Source: an uncultured bacterium (GTDB lineage: Bacteria > Planctomycetota > UBA1135 > GCA-002686595). Taken from it: DNA of 64,000 nucleotides. The position numbers and the translations under genes are program-made. Below the pieces are notes generated by a model. That model saw only the letters and a list, made by a program, of their open reading frames with translations. It was not told the origin of the DNA and did no database searches. The DNA lies in NCBI GenBank assembly GCA_943787795.1, contig CALSNU010000001.1:128001-192000 (forward strand). Direction: 5' to 3'. Positions 51,266 through 59,202 of the stretch are shown one piece after another (within the stretch, counting starts at the first letter, position 1; each line of letters begins with the position of its first letter).

Positions 51266-51778
51266 ATGAACCCCGACCTTCTCATCGGCCGCCTGGAGGC
51301 ATTTGCCTACCAGCTACGTCAGCTCGTTCAGAGCCTCCCCTCGGATCAAGCGCGGTGGCGTCCCGCTGAGGGCGGTATGTCGGTGCTCGAGATCGTCGGA
51401 AACCTCTGCGATCGCGAGATTCTCGACTTCCGACCGCGGCTGGAATTGACCCTCCGCGACCCCGAGAAGCCCTGGCCGAGGGTCGAGGCGGACGACGGCC
51501 TCGATGAGTTGAACTACAACGAACGCAAGCTCGACCGCGAGGCCGAGAAGTTCCAGCGCGAGCGCCTCAAGAGCGTCCAGTGGCTCAAGGGCCTCGGCGC
51601 GGCCAATTGGACGGCCACCCACGAGGAGCCCAAGCTCGGGCCGATCCGCGCGGGGGACCTGCTCGTCTCCTGGGCCAGCTACGACGCGATCATGACCAAG
51701 ATGATCGCCCGACGGAGCTTCGACTTGTCTCAGCGTGACGCGCCGGGCTTCGTCGCGACCTACGCCGGCGAGTGGTAG
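51266..51778 (+). CDS. DinB family protein (His ligands apparently substituted)
   Basis: RWRPAEGGMSVLEIV, DFRPRL, AGDLLVSW and terminal YAGEW. Confidence 0.8.
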   Translation: MNPDLLIGRLEAFAYQLRQLVQSLPSDQARWRPAEGGMSVLEIVGNLCDREILDFRPRLELTLRDPEKPWPRVEADDGLDELNYNERKLDREAEKFQRERLKSVQWLKGLGAANWTATHEEPKLGPIRAGDLLVSWASYDAIMTKMIARRSFDLSQRDAPGFVATYAGEW

Positions 51779-51923
51779 GGGCGGTGAGGGCGGTGGCCGG
51801 GCAAAAAAACCGCCGCTTTCCCTGAGAACGAGTCTCAATCGCGTAGTCTTCCCGCGGAGACGCCCGCCCGGCGCGGCCCACGTTCATGCACGTGGGCGGC
51901 GACCCCCAGGGCGGCACGATTCG

Positions 51924-52040
51924 GTGGGAAAGAAGAAGAAGAACAGCCCCAAGGGGGCGCTGAAGAAGAAGTGCTGCGACAAGCCCCTGCGCAAGATGTG
52001 CAAGCGGTGCCCGCGGCGCGCGACCTGCTCACTGGGCTGA
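51924..52040 (+). CDS. Small Lys/Cys-rich peptide (38 aa)
   Basis: GTG start; GKKKKNSPKGALKKKCCDKPLRKMCKRCPRRATCSLG; AAG/TGC codon bias typical of real genes in this window. Confidence 0.6.
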   Translation: MGKKKKNSPKGALKKKCCDKPLRKMCKRCPRRATCSLG

Positions 52041-52161
52041 CTGCGGGCGGCTGCTCCGAAGCGCGACGGCCGGGAGCTCTGGCGTCTGACCGCCCCGAAT
52101 GGGTCTCGCTGTCGCTACCCTCCGTGCCCATGGTTCGAACCCGGCTGCAGGAGAAGATCCG

Positions 52162-54402
52162 ATGAGCACCAACCGCGTCGCAGTGGTGGAGGCGAATCTT
52201 GACGCCTACCTTGAGTCGGCAGAGCCAGCCCCGACGCCGCTCGACCCTGGCGACCCGCTGCGTGTGGGGACGACCCTCACTGCCCGGGTCGCGGTACAGC
52301 TCTGGGAGGACCAGGTCCTCTCGCGATGCCTGGACGTCGCGGCGCGTGAGCTCAAGCGCGACGGGGAGGGGTTCTACACCATCAGCAGCGCCGGGCATGA
52401 GCAGAACGCCATTGTCGGCGCCCAGCTGCGGACCAGCGATCCCACCTTCCTCCACTATCGCTCCGGCGCCTTCATGGCCTCGCGGCTCCGCCAGGTGGAC
52501 GATGGCACGCCGCTCTTCGACACGCTGCTCAGCTTCTGCGCCGCCAAGGACGACCCCGTGTCCTCCGGGCGCCACAAGGTCTGGGGCTCGAAGGAGACCT
52601 GGGTCCCGCCGCAGACCAGCACGATCGCGAGCCACGTGCCCAAGGCGGTGGGGGCAGCCTACTCGCTCCGGCGCGCGGCCAAGCTCGGCATCGAGACAGG
52701 GCTTCCCGAGGACGCGATCACCTGCTGCACCTTCGGCGACGCCAGCGTGAATCACGCCACGGCGCTCTCGGGGATCAACTCTGCCCGTTACGCGTGGCGA
52801 CGAATGAACCCGACCCCCGTCCTGTTCGTCTGCGAGGACAACCAGCGCGGGATCAGCGTGGAGACGCCGAGGCGGTGGATCAGGGACTTCTTCTCGAGGC
52901 TCGAGCACCTGCGGTACTTTGAGGCCTCGGGGGAGCTCGAGGAGATGTGGGACACCGTTTCCCTGGCGATTCAGACCTGCCGGACGACCCGGCAGCCGAC
53001 GTTCCTGCGCCTGCGCTGTCACCGGCTCTGGGGGCACGCGGGGAGCGACGTCCAGTCCGCCTACATGTCGCAGGCGGAGATCGAGGAGGCCGAGGCCCGA
53101 GATCCTGTGCTCACCAACGCACGGCGATTGGTGGAGTGCGGTGCTGCGACCCCGGAGCAGCTCCAGGAGATCCTCCGCACGACCCGAGATCGGGTGCGGG
53201 CGGGTTCCGAGGAGGCCCGCCGCCGGCCGCGCCTCACCAGCGCCGCGGAGGTGATCGAGCCCCTCGCGCCGGAGGACCCTGAGCTCTGGCGAGCGGCGGC
53301 CACGGCTGCGATTCCCGAAGAGGATCGCGCTGCGGTCTTTGGTGCCCGCCTCCCCGAGCAGGCCAAGGCGCCGACGCGGCGGACCATGGGCGCGCGGATC
53401 AACGACGCGCTGCACGACGAGATGATCCGCCGCAAGGGCATGATCTGCTTCGGCGAGGACGTCGGGCGCAAGGGCGGGGTGTACGGCATCACCCAGAACC
53501 TCCAGACGCAGTTCGGACGCTCACGCTGCTTTGACACGCTGCTGGACGAGACCACGATCCTCGGCGTGGCGCAGGGTGCCGCGCTGGTCGGGCTGCTCCC
53601 GGTGCCGGAGATCCCTTACCTCGCTTACCTCCACAACGCGATCGACCAGATCCGGGGCGAGGCCTGTTCGCTGCAGTTCTTCAGCGACAAGCAGTTCGCC
53701 AACCCCATGGTCGTGCGGATCGCGGGGCTCGCGTACCAGCGCGGCTTCGGCGGCCACTTCCACAACGACAACTCCATCGGCGCCCTTCGGGAGATCCCCG
53801 GGCTCACGATCGCCTGCCCGTCCAACGGCGCCGACGCGGTGCGGATGCTGCGCGGGTCCCTCGCCATGGCGCAGGAGTCTGGCCGGGTCGTGGTGTTCCT
53901 CGAGCCCATCGCGCTCTACCACATGCGTGACCTCTATGAGGAGGGCGACGGGCTCTGGCTGAGCGACTATCCCGTTCCCGACGGGGCGGCCGACTCGGCC
54001 CTCTTGCCTGGCCAGGTCGGCATCGCGAATCCCGACCACAGCGACGCGCTCGTGGTCACGTACGCCAACGGCTATCGGCTCGCGCTACGGGCCGCGCGCC
54101 AACTGGAGCAGCAGGGCATCAAGGCGCGCATCATGGACGTCCGCTGGCTGAACCCTCTGCCGATGGATGAGATCATGCGCCACGCCGAGGACTGCGGGGC
54201 CGTTCTGGTCGCGGACGAGTGCCGAGCGACTGGCGCGGGGATCGCAGACGCGGTCATCAGCGGCCTCGTGGAGCGTGGCTACTCTGGCCGGATGCGAACC
54301 GCCCGGAGCGCTGACACCTACATTCCTCTCGGACCCGCCGCAGATGTGGTCTTGCTCTCCGAGGCGGACATTCTCGCAGGCGTCAAGGAGGTGGCCTCGT
54401 GA
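52162..54402 (+). CDS. Fused alpha/beta E1 component of a 2-oxoacid (branched-chain-like) dehydrogenase, TPP-dependent
   Basis: FYTISSAGHE, GDASVNH...EDN TPP motif, GHAGSD, FGEDVGRKGGVY, DTLLDETTILG, GGHFHN. Confidence 0.9.
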   Translation: MSTNRVAVVEANLDAYLESAEPAPTPLDPGDPLRVGTTLTARVAVQLWEDQVLSRCLDVAARELKRDGEGFYTISSAGHEQNAIVGAQLRTSDPTFLHYRSGAFMASRLRQVDDGTPLFDTLLSFCAAKDDPVSSGRHKVWGSKETWVPPQTSTIASHVPKAVGAAYSLRRAAKLGIETGLPEDAITCCTFGDASVNHATALSGINSARYAWRRMNPTPVLFVCEDNQRGISVETPRRWIRDFFSRLEHLRYFEASGELEEMWDTVSLAIQTCRTTRQPTFLRLRCHRLWGHAGSDVQSAYMSQAEIEEAEARDPVLTNARRLVECGAATPEQLQEILRTTRDRVRAGSEEARRRPRLTSAAEVIEPLAPEDPELWRAAATAAIPEEDRAAVFGARLPEQAKAPTRRTMGARINDALHDEMIRRKGMICFGEDVGRKGGVYGITQNLQTQFGRSRCFDTLLDETTILGVAQGAALVGLLPVPEIPYLAYLHNAIDQIRGEACSLQFFSDKQFANPMVVRIAGLAYQRGFGGHFHNDNSIGALREIPGLTIACPSNGADAVRMLRGSLAMAQESGRVVVFLEPIALYHMRDLYEEGDGLWLSDYPVPDGAADSALLPGQVGIANPDHSDALVVTYANGYRLALRAARQLEQQGIKARIMDVRWLNPLPMDEIMRHAEDCGAVLVADECRATGAGIADAVISGLVERGYSGRMRTARSADTYIPLGPAADVVLLSEADILAGVKEVAS

Positions 54403-55397
54403 GCCGCGCCGTCATCCTGTGCCCCGGTCGCGGTTCCTACACCGAGGCTTCCCTCGGGTCCCTGGACCCCGATCATGAGTTCGTGCGGATCGCAGAGCAG
54501 TGCCGCGGTGAGCTCGGCCTCGAGCCGCTGCTGTCGCTCGACCGAGCTGAGCGCTTCGAGCCTGCGCGTCACCTGCGCCCTGCGCACGTGTCACCTCTGA
54601 TCCTGGTCAAGGCCATGATCGACGCGACCGAGGCGAGCCAGAGGCACGAGGTGGTCGCGGCGGGAGGCAACTCCCTGGGGTGGTACATCGCGCTCTGCCT
54701 CGCGGGCTGCGTCTCCTTTGAGGAGGGCTTCCGGCTGGTGCAACGCATGTCTCTGCTGCAAGAGGAGTTTGCTGACGGTGGTCAGGTTCTCTACCCGCGG
54801 GTCGATGAGGATTGGCGCCCCTCGGTCGAGCTGGAGGCTGCGATCGAGGCCTCGCTTGTGGCGTCTGGCGGCGAGGCCATGCGCTCCATCGAGCTGGGTG
54901 GTTTCGCCGTACTGGCGGGGTCAGCGGCGGGCGTGAAGCACCTCCTCTCCGGCATGCCCAAGGTCAGGTTTGGCGCCGCGACCTATCCGATCCGCCTGGC
55001 CCAGCACGGCCCGTACCACACCCACCTCGCCGCTCCGGTGGCCCGGGCGGCGGCCCAGGACTTCAGGGACCTCCGGATGCGTGCCCCGAGCATCTCGCTG
55101 ATCGACGGGCGAGGGCGGCGCCACTCCCCGTGGTCGGCGGACCTAGATGAGTTGAAGGAATACACCTTCGGCCACCAGGTCAGCGAGCCCTTCGACTTCT
55201 CCGCAACGGTGCGGGTCGCCCTGCGGGAGTTTGCCCCTGAGACCATCATCTTGCCGGGCCCCGGGAACACACTGGGCGGCATCGTCGGCCAGGTGCTCGT
55301 CTCCGAGGGGTGGCGTGGGGTCCGGTCCAAGGACGATTTCCTCGCCCTCCAGGCGGCGGAACCTCCCTTCGTGGAGAGCATGGGCCTCGGCCGTTAG
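54399..55397 (+). CDS. FabD/malonyl-CoA:ACP transacylase-like acyltransferase (variant active site)
   Basis: CPGRGSY (cf. FPGQGSQ), GNSLGWY (cf. GHSLG), HGPYHT, GPGNTLGG; GTGA overlap with the E1 gene. Confidence 0.82.
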   Translation: MSRAVILCPGRGSYTEASLGSLDPDHEFVRIAEQCRGELGLEPLLSLDRAERFEPARHLRPAHVSPLILVKAMIDATEASQRHEVVAAGGNSLGWYIALCLAGCVSFEEGFRLVQRMSLLQEEFADGGQVLYPRVDEDWRPSVELEAAIEASLVASGGEAMRSIELGGFAVLAGSAAGVKHLLSGMPKVRFGAATYPIRLAQHGPYHTHLAAPVARAAAQDFRDLRMRAPSISLIDGRGRRHSPWSADLDELKEYTFGHQVSEPFDFSATVRVALREFAPETIILPGPGNTLGGIVGQVLVSEGWRGVRSKDDFLALQAAEPPFVESMGLGR

Positions 55398-55582
55398 CTG
55401 GGCTCGGCGGACTTCGGGCCCTCCAGGTCCGCCATCTGCTGCTCGATATCGGCGGCTTCCCGAGTCTTCTCGGCGAAGCCCTTGATGTCCCCACGGCGCT
55501 GCAGTTCCACGGCCTGCGCCATGAGCCCCTCGTATTCGCGGCGGAGCTTGGCCGCCGGGTCCCGCTTCTTGAATCCGAACAT
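55394..55582 (-). CDS. Small helical protein, DUF6435/Lacal_2735-like
   Basis: MFGFKKRDPAAKLRREYEGLMAQAVELQRRGDIKGFAEKTREAADIEQQM. Confidence 0.75.
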   Translation of the reverse strand: MFGFKKRDPAAKLRREYEGLMAQAVELQRRGDIKGFAEKTREAADIEQQMADLEGPKSAEPS

Positions 55583-55794
55583 GCCCCTGTCTTCGTTCAC
55601 GGCGCCGGCGGGGATGAGCCTGCCGACCCAGATCTGCGCGGGGCTCACGACGGCGCTGGGTCGAACAGGTATCGCCTCCCGGGGTGTCTCAAAAGGGGTG
55701 GAGGGCAGGGGATTCCCCATGGCCGAGGTCTGGCCTTCCATCTCTCATTACGCTGGACCGCTCGACCTCTCCACTCTCATCAACCCATCGAACG

Positions 55795-57591
55795 ATGCTC
55801 CTTCGTACAACTCTCGTCGCCCTCGCGATGGCTCCGCTTGCCGGGGCCCAGACGACCTTTCAGGTTCCCCTGAACTACAACTTCAACGGCATTGTGCACG
55901 TCGGAGAGTCTGGACTCCCTGATGCCCTGAACGGATATCGCTCCATCTCGGACCGCGGGCTGGACTTCTCAGCGGGGATTCCCGGTGACCCGCTCCTCGC
56001 GGGCTACACGCTCGTGAACACAGCGGGCGCCCTCGACATCGTCCACCTCGGGAACCGCAACACGGTGTCTGGTGGTGTCTGGGCCTTCCAGGCGACCGCC
56101 AATGGCGATGGCATCGGTGTCCAGCCGACCTGGCTCACGACTGTGGACCAGTCCACGCCTCAAACGACAACGCTGGCCACGCCCATCTTGATGGAGGCCA
56201 CCTCGACGGCTTCGTTCCTGATGCAGGTCAGTGACGGGGGCGGCACGTGTGACGTGCTGTTTGGGTTCCAGAGCGGCGCGACGACGGTCGGCCAGATTGG
56301 CGCCGGCGACTGGTTCGGCGGGGTCTTCCCCGGGACGGACTTCGTGGACCAGGCCAACGCCGCGGTCAATCTCTCCATCACGGAAGCCACCGTCAACCTG
56401 AGCGGCTTCGCCGGTGAACAGCTGACCTCGATCACCTTCCAGAACGCCGGAAACCAGAACGCGGGCTACGCCATCCTCGCGGCCAACGTGGTCGTCGACT
56501 CGCGCATCGTCGTCGAGAACCCGGTTCCCCTGAACTACAACTACAACGGCATCGTCCACGACACCGAGGGCAGCGCCCCGGACGACCTGAACGGCTACCG
56601 CTCCATCTCGGACCGCGGCCTGAACTTCTCCAACGGCATCCCGGCGGAGCCGCTCCTCGAGGGCTACTCGATCGTCGACACTGCCGGTGAGCTTGACATC
56701 GTCTACCTTGGGGACCGTAACACGGTCGCTGGCGGCAACTTCGCGTGGCAGCCGACGGCGAACGGCGACGACGTCGGCGTGCAGCCGACCTGGCTGCCCA
56801 ACTCGGACCAGACCGGCCCGCAGACGACCATGCTCGCAGCGCCGATCGAGGTCGCGGCCTCTTCTGAGGCGCGCTTCCTCTACCAGATCAGCGACGGCGG
56901 CGGTTCGTTCGACGTGACCTTCGGGTTCCAGAGCGGCGCGACCGGAACAGGGACCCTCAGTGGCGGCGATTGGTTCGGCGGCACCTTCCTGGGTACGGAT
57001 CGGGTGGACTTCGGATCGCCTGGCGCCAACCTGAGCATCACCGAAGGCACGCTCGACCTCTCGGCGGCGGCGGGTCAGATTCTGACCTCGATCACCTTCA
57101 GCAACCGTTCCAACGCGGGCGCTGGGTACGCGATCATCGCGTGCAACGTGACAACCTTCTCCCTCGGCTCGAACTACTGCTCGCCCGCCGTTGTGAACTC
57201 CACGGGTAACCCGGGTTCGATCTCGGCGGAGGGTAGCCCCTCCGTGGCCGCGAACAACGTGACCCTGACGGTCAGCGACCTCCCGGCGAACGCGTTCGGC
57301 TTCTTCCTGACCAGTGAGACCACAGCCAACGTCGCCAACCCGGGTGGTAGCCAGGGCAACCTCTGCCTCGGCGGCGCCATCGGGCGCTTCGTGGGCCCGG
57401 GCCAGATCAAGAACTCCGGGACGGGGGGGACGTTCAGCCTCACGCTGGACCTGACCCAGCAGCCCTCTCCCACGGGCTTCATCTCGATCCAGCCCGGCGA
57501 GTCCTGGAACTTCCAGGCCTGGCACCGGGACGCGGTGGGCGGCACCGTGACGTCGAACTTCACCGACGGCCTCACGATCTCCTTCCTCTGA
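55795..57591 (+). CDS. Secreted protein with two ~220-aa tandem beta-rich domains and conserved C-terminal GSNYC...NFTDG domain
   Basis: Signal peptide; VPLNYN(F/Y)NGIVH at 55864 and 56524; C-terminal domain shared with 31203..32363. Confidence 0.88.
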   Translation: MLLRTTLVALAMAPLAGAQTTFQVPLNYNFNGIVHVGESGLPDALNGYRSISDRGLDFSAGIPGDPLLAGYTLVNTAGALDIVHLGNRNTVSGGVWAFQATANGDGIGVQPTWLTTVDQSTPQTTTLATPILMEATSTASFLMQVSDGGGTCDVLFGFQSGATTVGQIGAGDWFGGVFPGTDFVDQANAAVNLSITEATVNLSGFAGEQLTSITFQNAGNQNAGYAILAANVVVDSRIVVENPVPLNYNYNGIVHDTEGSAPDDLNGYRSISDRGLNFSNGIPAEPLLEGYSIVDTAGELDIVYLGDRNTVAGGNFAWQPTANGDDVGVQPTWLPNSDQTGPQTTMLAAPIEVAASSEARFLYQISDGGGSFDVTFGFQSGATGTGTLSGGDWFGGTFLGTDRVDFGSPGANLSITEGTLDLSAAAGQILTSITFSNRSNAGAGYAIIACNVTTFSLGSNYCSPAVVNSTGNPGSISAEGSPSVAANNVTLTVSDLPANAFGFFLTSETTANVANPGGSQGNLCLGGAIGRFVGPGQIKNSGTGGTFSLTLDLTQQPSPTGFISIQPGESWNFQAWHRDAVGGTVTSNFTDGLTISFL

Positions 57592-57631
57592 TCTGACGCC
57601 CCGGACCGCGCCGTGAAGGACGCGGTCACAT

Positions 57632-57666
57632 ACGCGCCCGCTGCTCGACTCGAGCAGCGGGCGCGT
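57632..57666. terminator. Perfect 17-bp inverted repeat between convergent genes
   Basis: acgcgcccgctgctcga-c-tcgagcagcgggcgcgt. Confidence 0.75.
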
Positions 57667-57668
57667 CC

Positions 57669-58676
57669 TTATTGGTCGGCGGTCGCTGCGGACCAGGCGC
57701 CGCCGAAGGAGCGGACCACCTCGGCGGCGGTGACCACCTCGTCGATGGAGCCGGCGCTCTTGCCGGCCTGCCACACGTCCTTGTAGGTGACGCCCTTCTT
57801 GATCGTCTGCTTCAGCTCGCGGAGGGAGCGCAGGGCATAGAAGGTGCGCATCCAGTGCTTGGTGCGGCGGCCCTTGAGGAGCCTCCGCGCGATGGGGCCC
57901 GCCTTGGTGCCGACCCGCTGCACCAGCGGCGTGTTGATGACGGCGACCGGGACGCCGGAGAGGCGCTCGGTGAGCACGATGTCCCCTTCGCCCGCGTCGA
58001 TGATGGCCTCCCAGTAGTCGGGGTGGACCTCGCATTCCTCGGTGGCGATGAAGCGAGTGCCCATCTGCACGGCTCCGTAGCCGAGGTTGAGCAACCGAAC
58101 GTAGCCCTCGGGATCGCCGACGCCCCCGGCCGCGACCAGGGGAAGCCCGAGATCACCGCACTCGTCGATGAGCGCCTCGGGGGAGAGGGTGCCCGCGTGC
58201 CCACCGGCGCGGTCATTGACGCAGATGAGTCCGTCCACGCCGGCGTCTCTGGCCTTCTCGGCCCACTTGCGGGCGGTCACGTCGTGGAACACCGTGCCGC
58301 CGGCGGCGTGGACCTTCTCACACACCCAGCGCGGGTTGCCCAGCGCCGTCACGAAGAACCGGACGCCCTCCTCGAGGGCCTCGTCGATCCAGCGCCGCAT
58401 GCGGTTCTCGTAGGCCTTCGCGGACTTCTCGATGATGGCGTTGAAGCCCACGGGTCGGCCGCCCGATAGGCGCTGGATCTCCCGCAGGCCCTCGCGGAAG
58501 TCGCGGCCGTGCACGTAGATGAGCGAGAGCGGCTGGACGATGGCCATGGCCCCCGCGGCGGCGACGGCGCCCACCAGCTCGGGGTTGCTGCAGGGGTACA
58601 TGGCCCCGCAGATGAGGGGGACCTCGGCGCCGGTCAGGGCGCAGAACTCTTCGGTGGGGGAGGCGCTGTTGCTCAT
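57669..58676 (-). CDS. Nitronate monooxygenase / FabK-like flavin oxidoreductase
   Basis: PLICGAMYPCSNPELV, NDRAGGHAG, PLVAAGGVGD, VQMGTRFIATEE, WQAGKS. Confidence 0.9.
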   Translation of the reverse strand: MSNSASPTEEFCALTGAEVPLICGAMYPCSNPELVGAVAAAGAMAIVQPLSLIYVHGRDFREGLREIQRLSGGRPVGFNAIIEKSAKAYENRMRRWIDEALEEGVRFFVTALGNPRWVCEKVHAAGGTVFHDVTARKWAEKARDAGVDGLICVNDRAGGHAGTLSPEALIDECGDLGLPLVAAGGVGDPEGYVRLLNLGYGAVQMGTRFIATEECEVHPDYWEAIIDAGEGDIVLTERLSGVPVAVINTPLVQRVGTKAGPIARRLLKGRRTKHWMRTFYALRSLRELKQTIKKGVTYKDVWQAGKSAGSIDEVVTAAEVVRSFGGAWSAATADQ

Positions 58677-59140
58677 GACTTCACGGGGCCGATGCGCCAG
58701 GTGGCGATGACCACGGCGACGACGTCGCCGTCTCGGTCGGTGATCGGGGCGAGCACGTCGAGCTCTCGGGACTCGGAGGTGTCGGGGACCTGGCACTCGC
58801 AGGAGGCGGTCAGCAGGCCGCGGGCCTTCTTGCGATACTCGATCCTCAGGCCAGTGACGATACCTCGCGCGCCCTCCGGGAGCCCGGCCAGAAGCGCGAG
58901 GCCGCTCGCGACCTCGCCCAGGTTGACGAGGGCGATGGCGTGCACGGACCGCAGGTGGTTGCGCACGCGGCGTCGGTCCTTCATGGCGACGCGGGCGCGG
59001 CCGGGGGCGAGGTCGAGCACGATCGGGCGGATGGAGCCCGTGTACGGCACCGCGCGCCCGAGCAGGAGGCTGAAGAGCGCCCGACCGAAGGGCCACCGCT
59101 GGGCGCTCTCCCAGCGGGCGAGGAGCTGCTTGCCGATCAT
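58673..59140 (-). CDS. Hotdog-fold thioesterase (DUF4442/PaaI-like)
   Basis: VPYTGSIRP, RNHLRSVHAIAL.NLGE, IEYRKKARG. Confidence 0.87.
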   Translation of the reverse strand: MIGKQLLARWESAQRWPFGRALFSLLLGRAVPYTGSIRPIVLDLAPGRARVAMKDRRRVRNHLRSVHAIALVNLGEVASGLALLAGLPEGARGIVTGLRIEYRKKARGLLTASCECQVPDTSESRELDVLAPITDRDGDVVAVVIATWRIGPVKS

Positions 59141-59202
59141 GGATCGAGCTTAGCGGCGCGAGGGGGGGCGCTTCCAAGGGCGCCCACGATCTCCGGTGCG
59201 GT

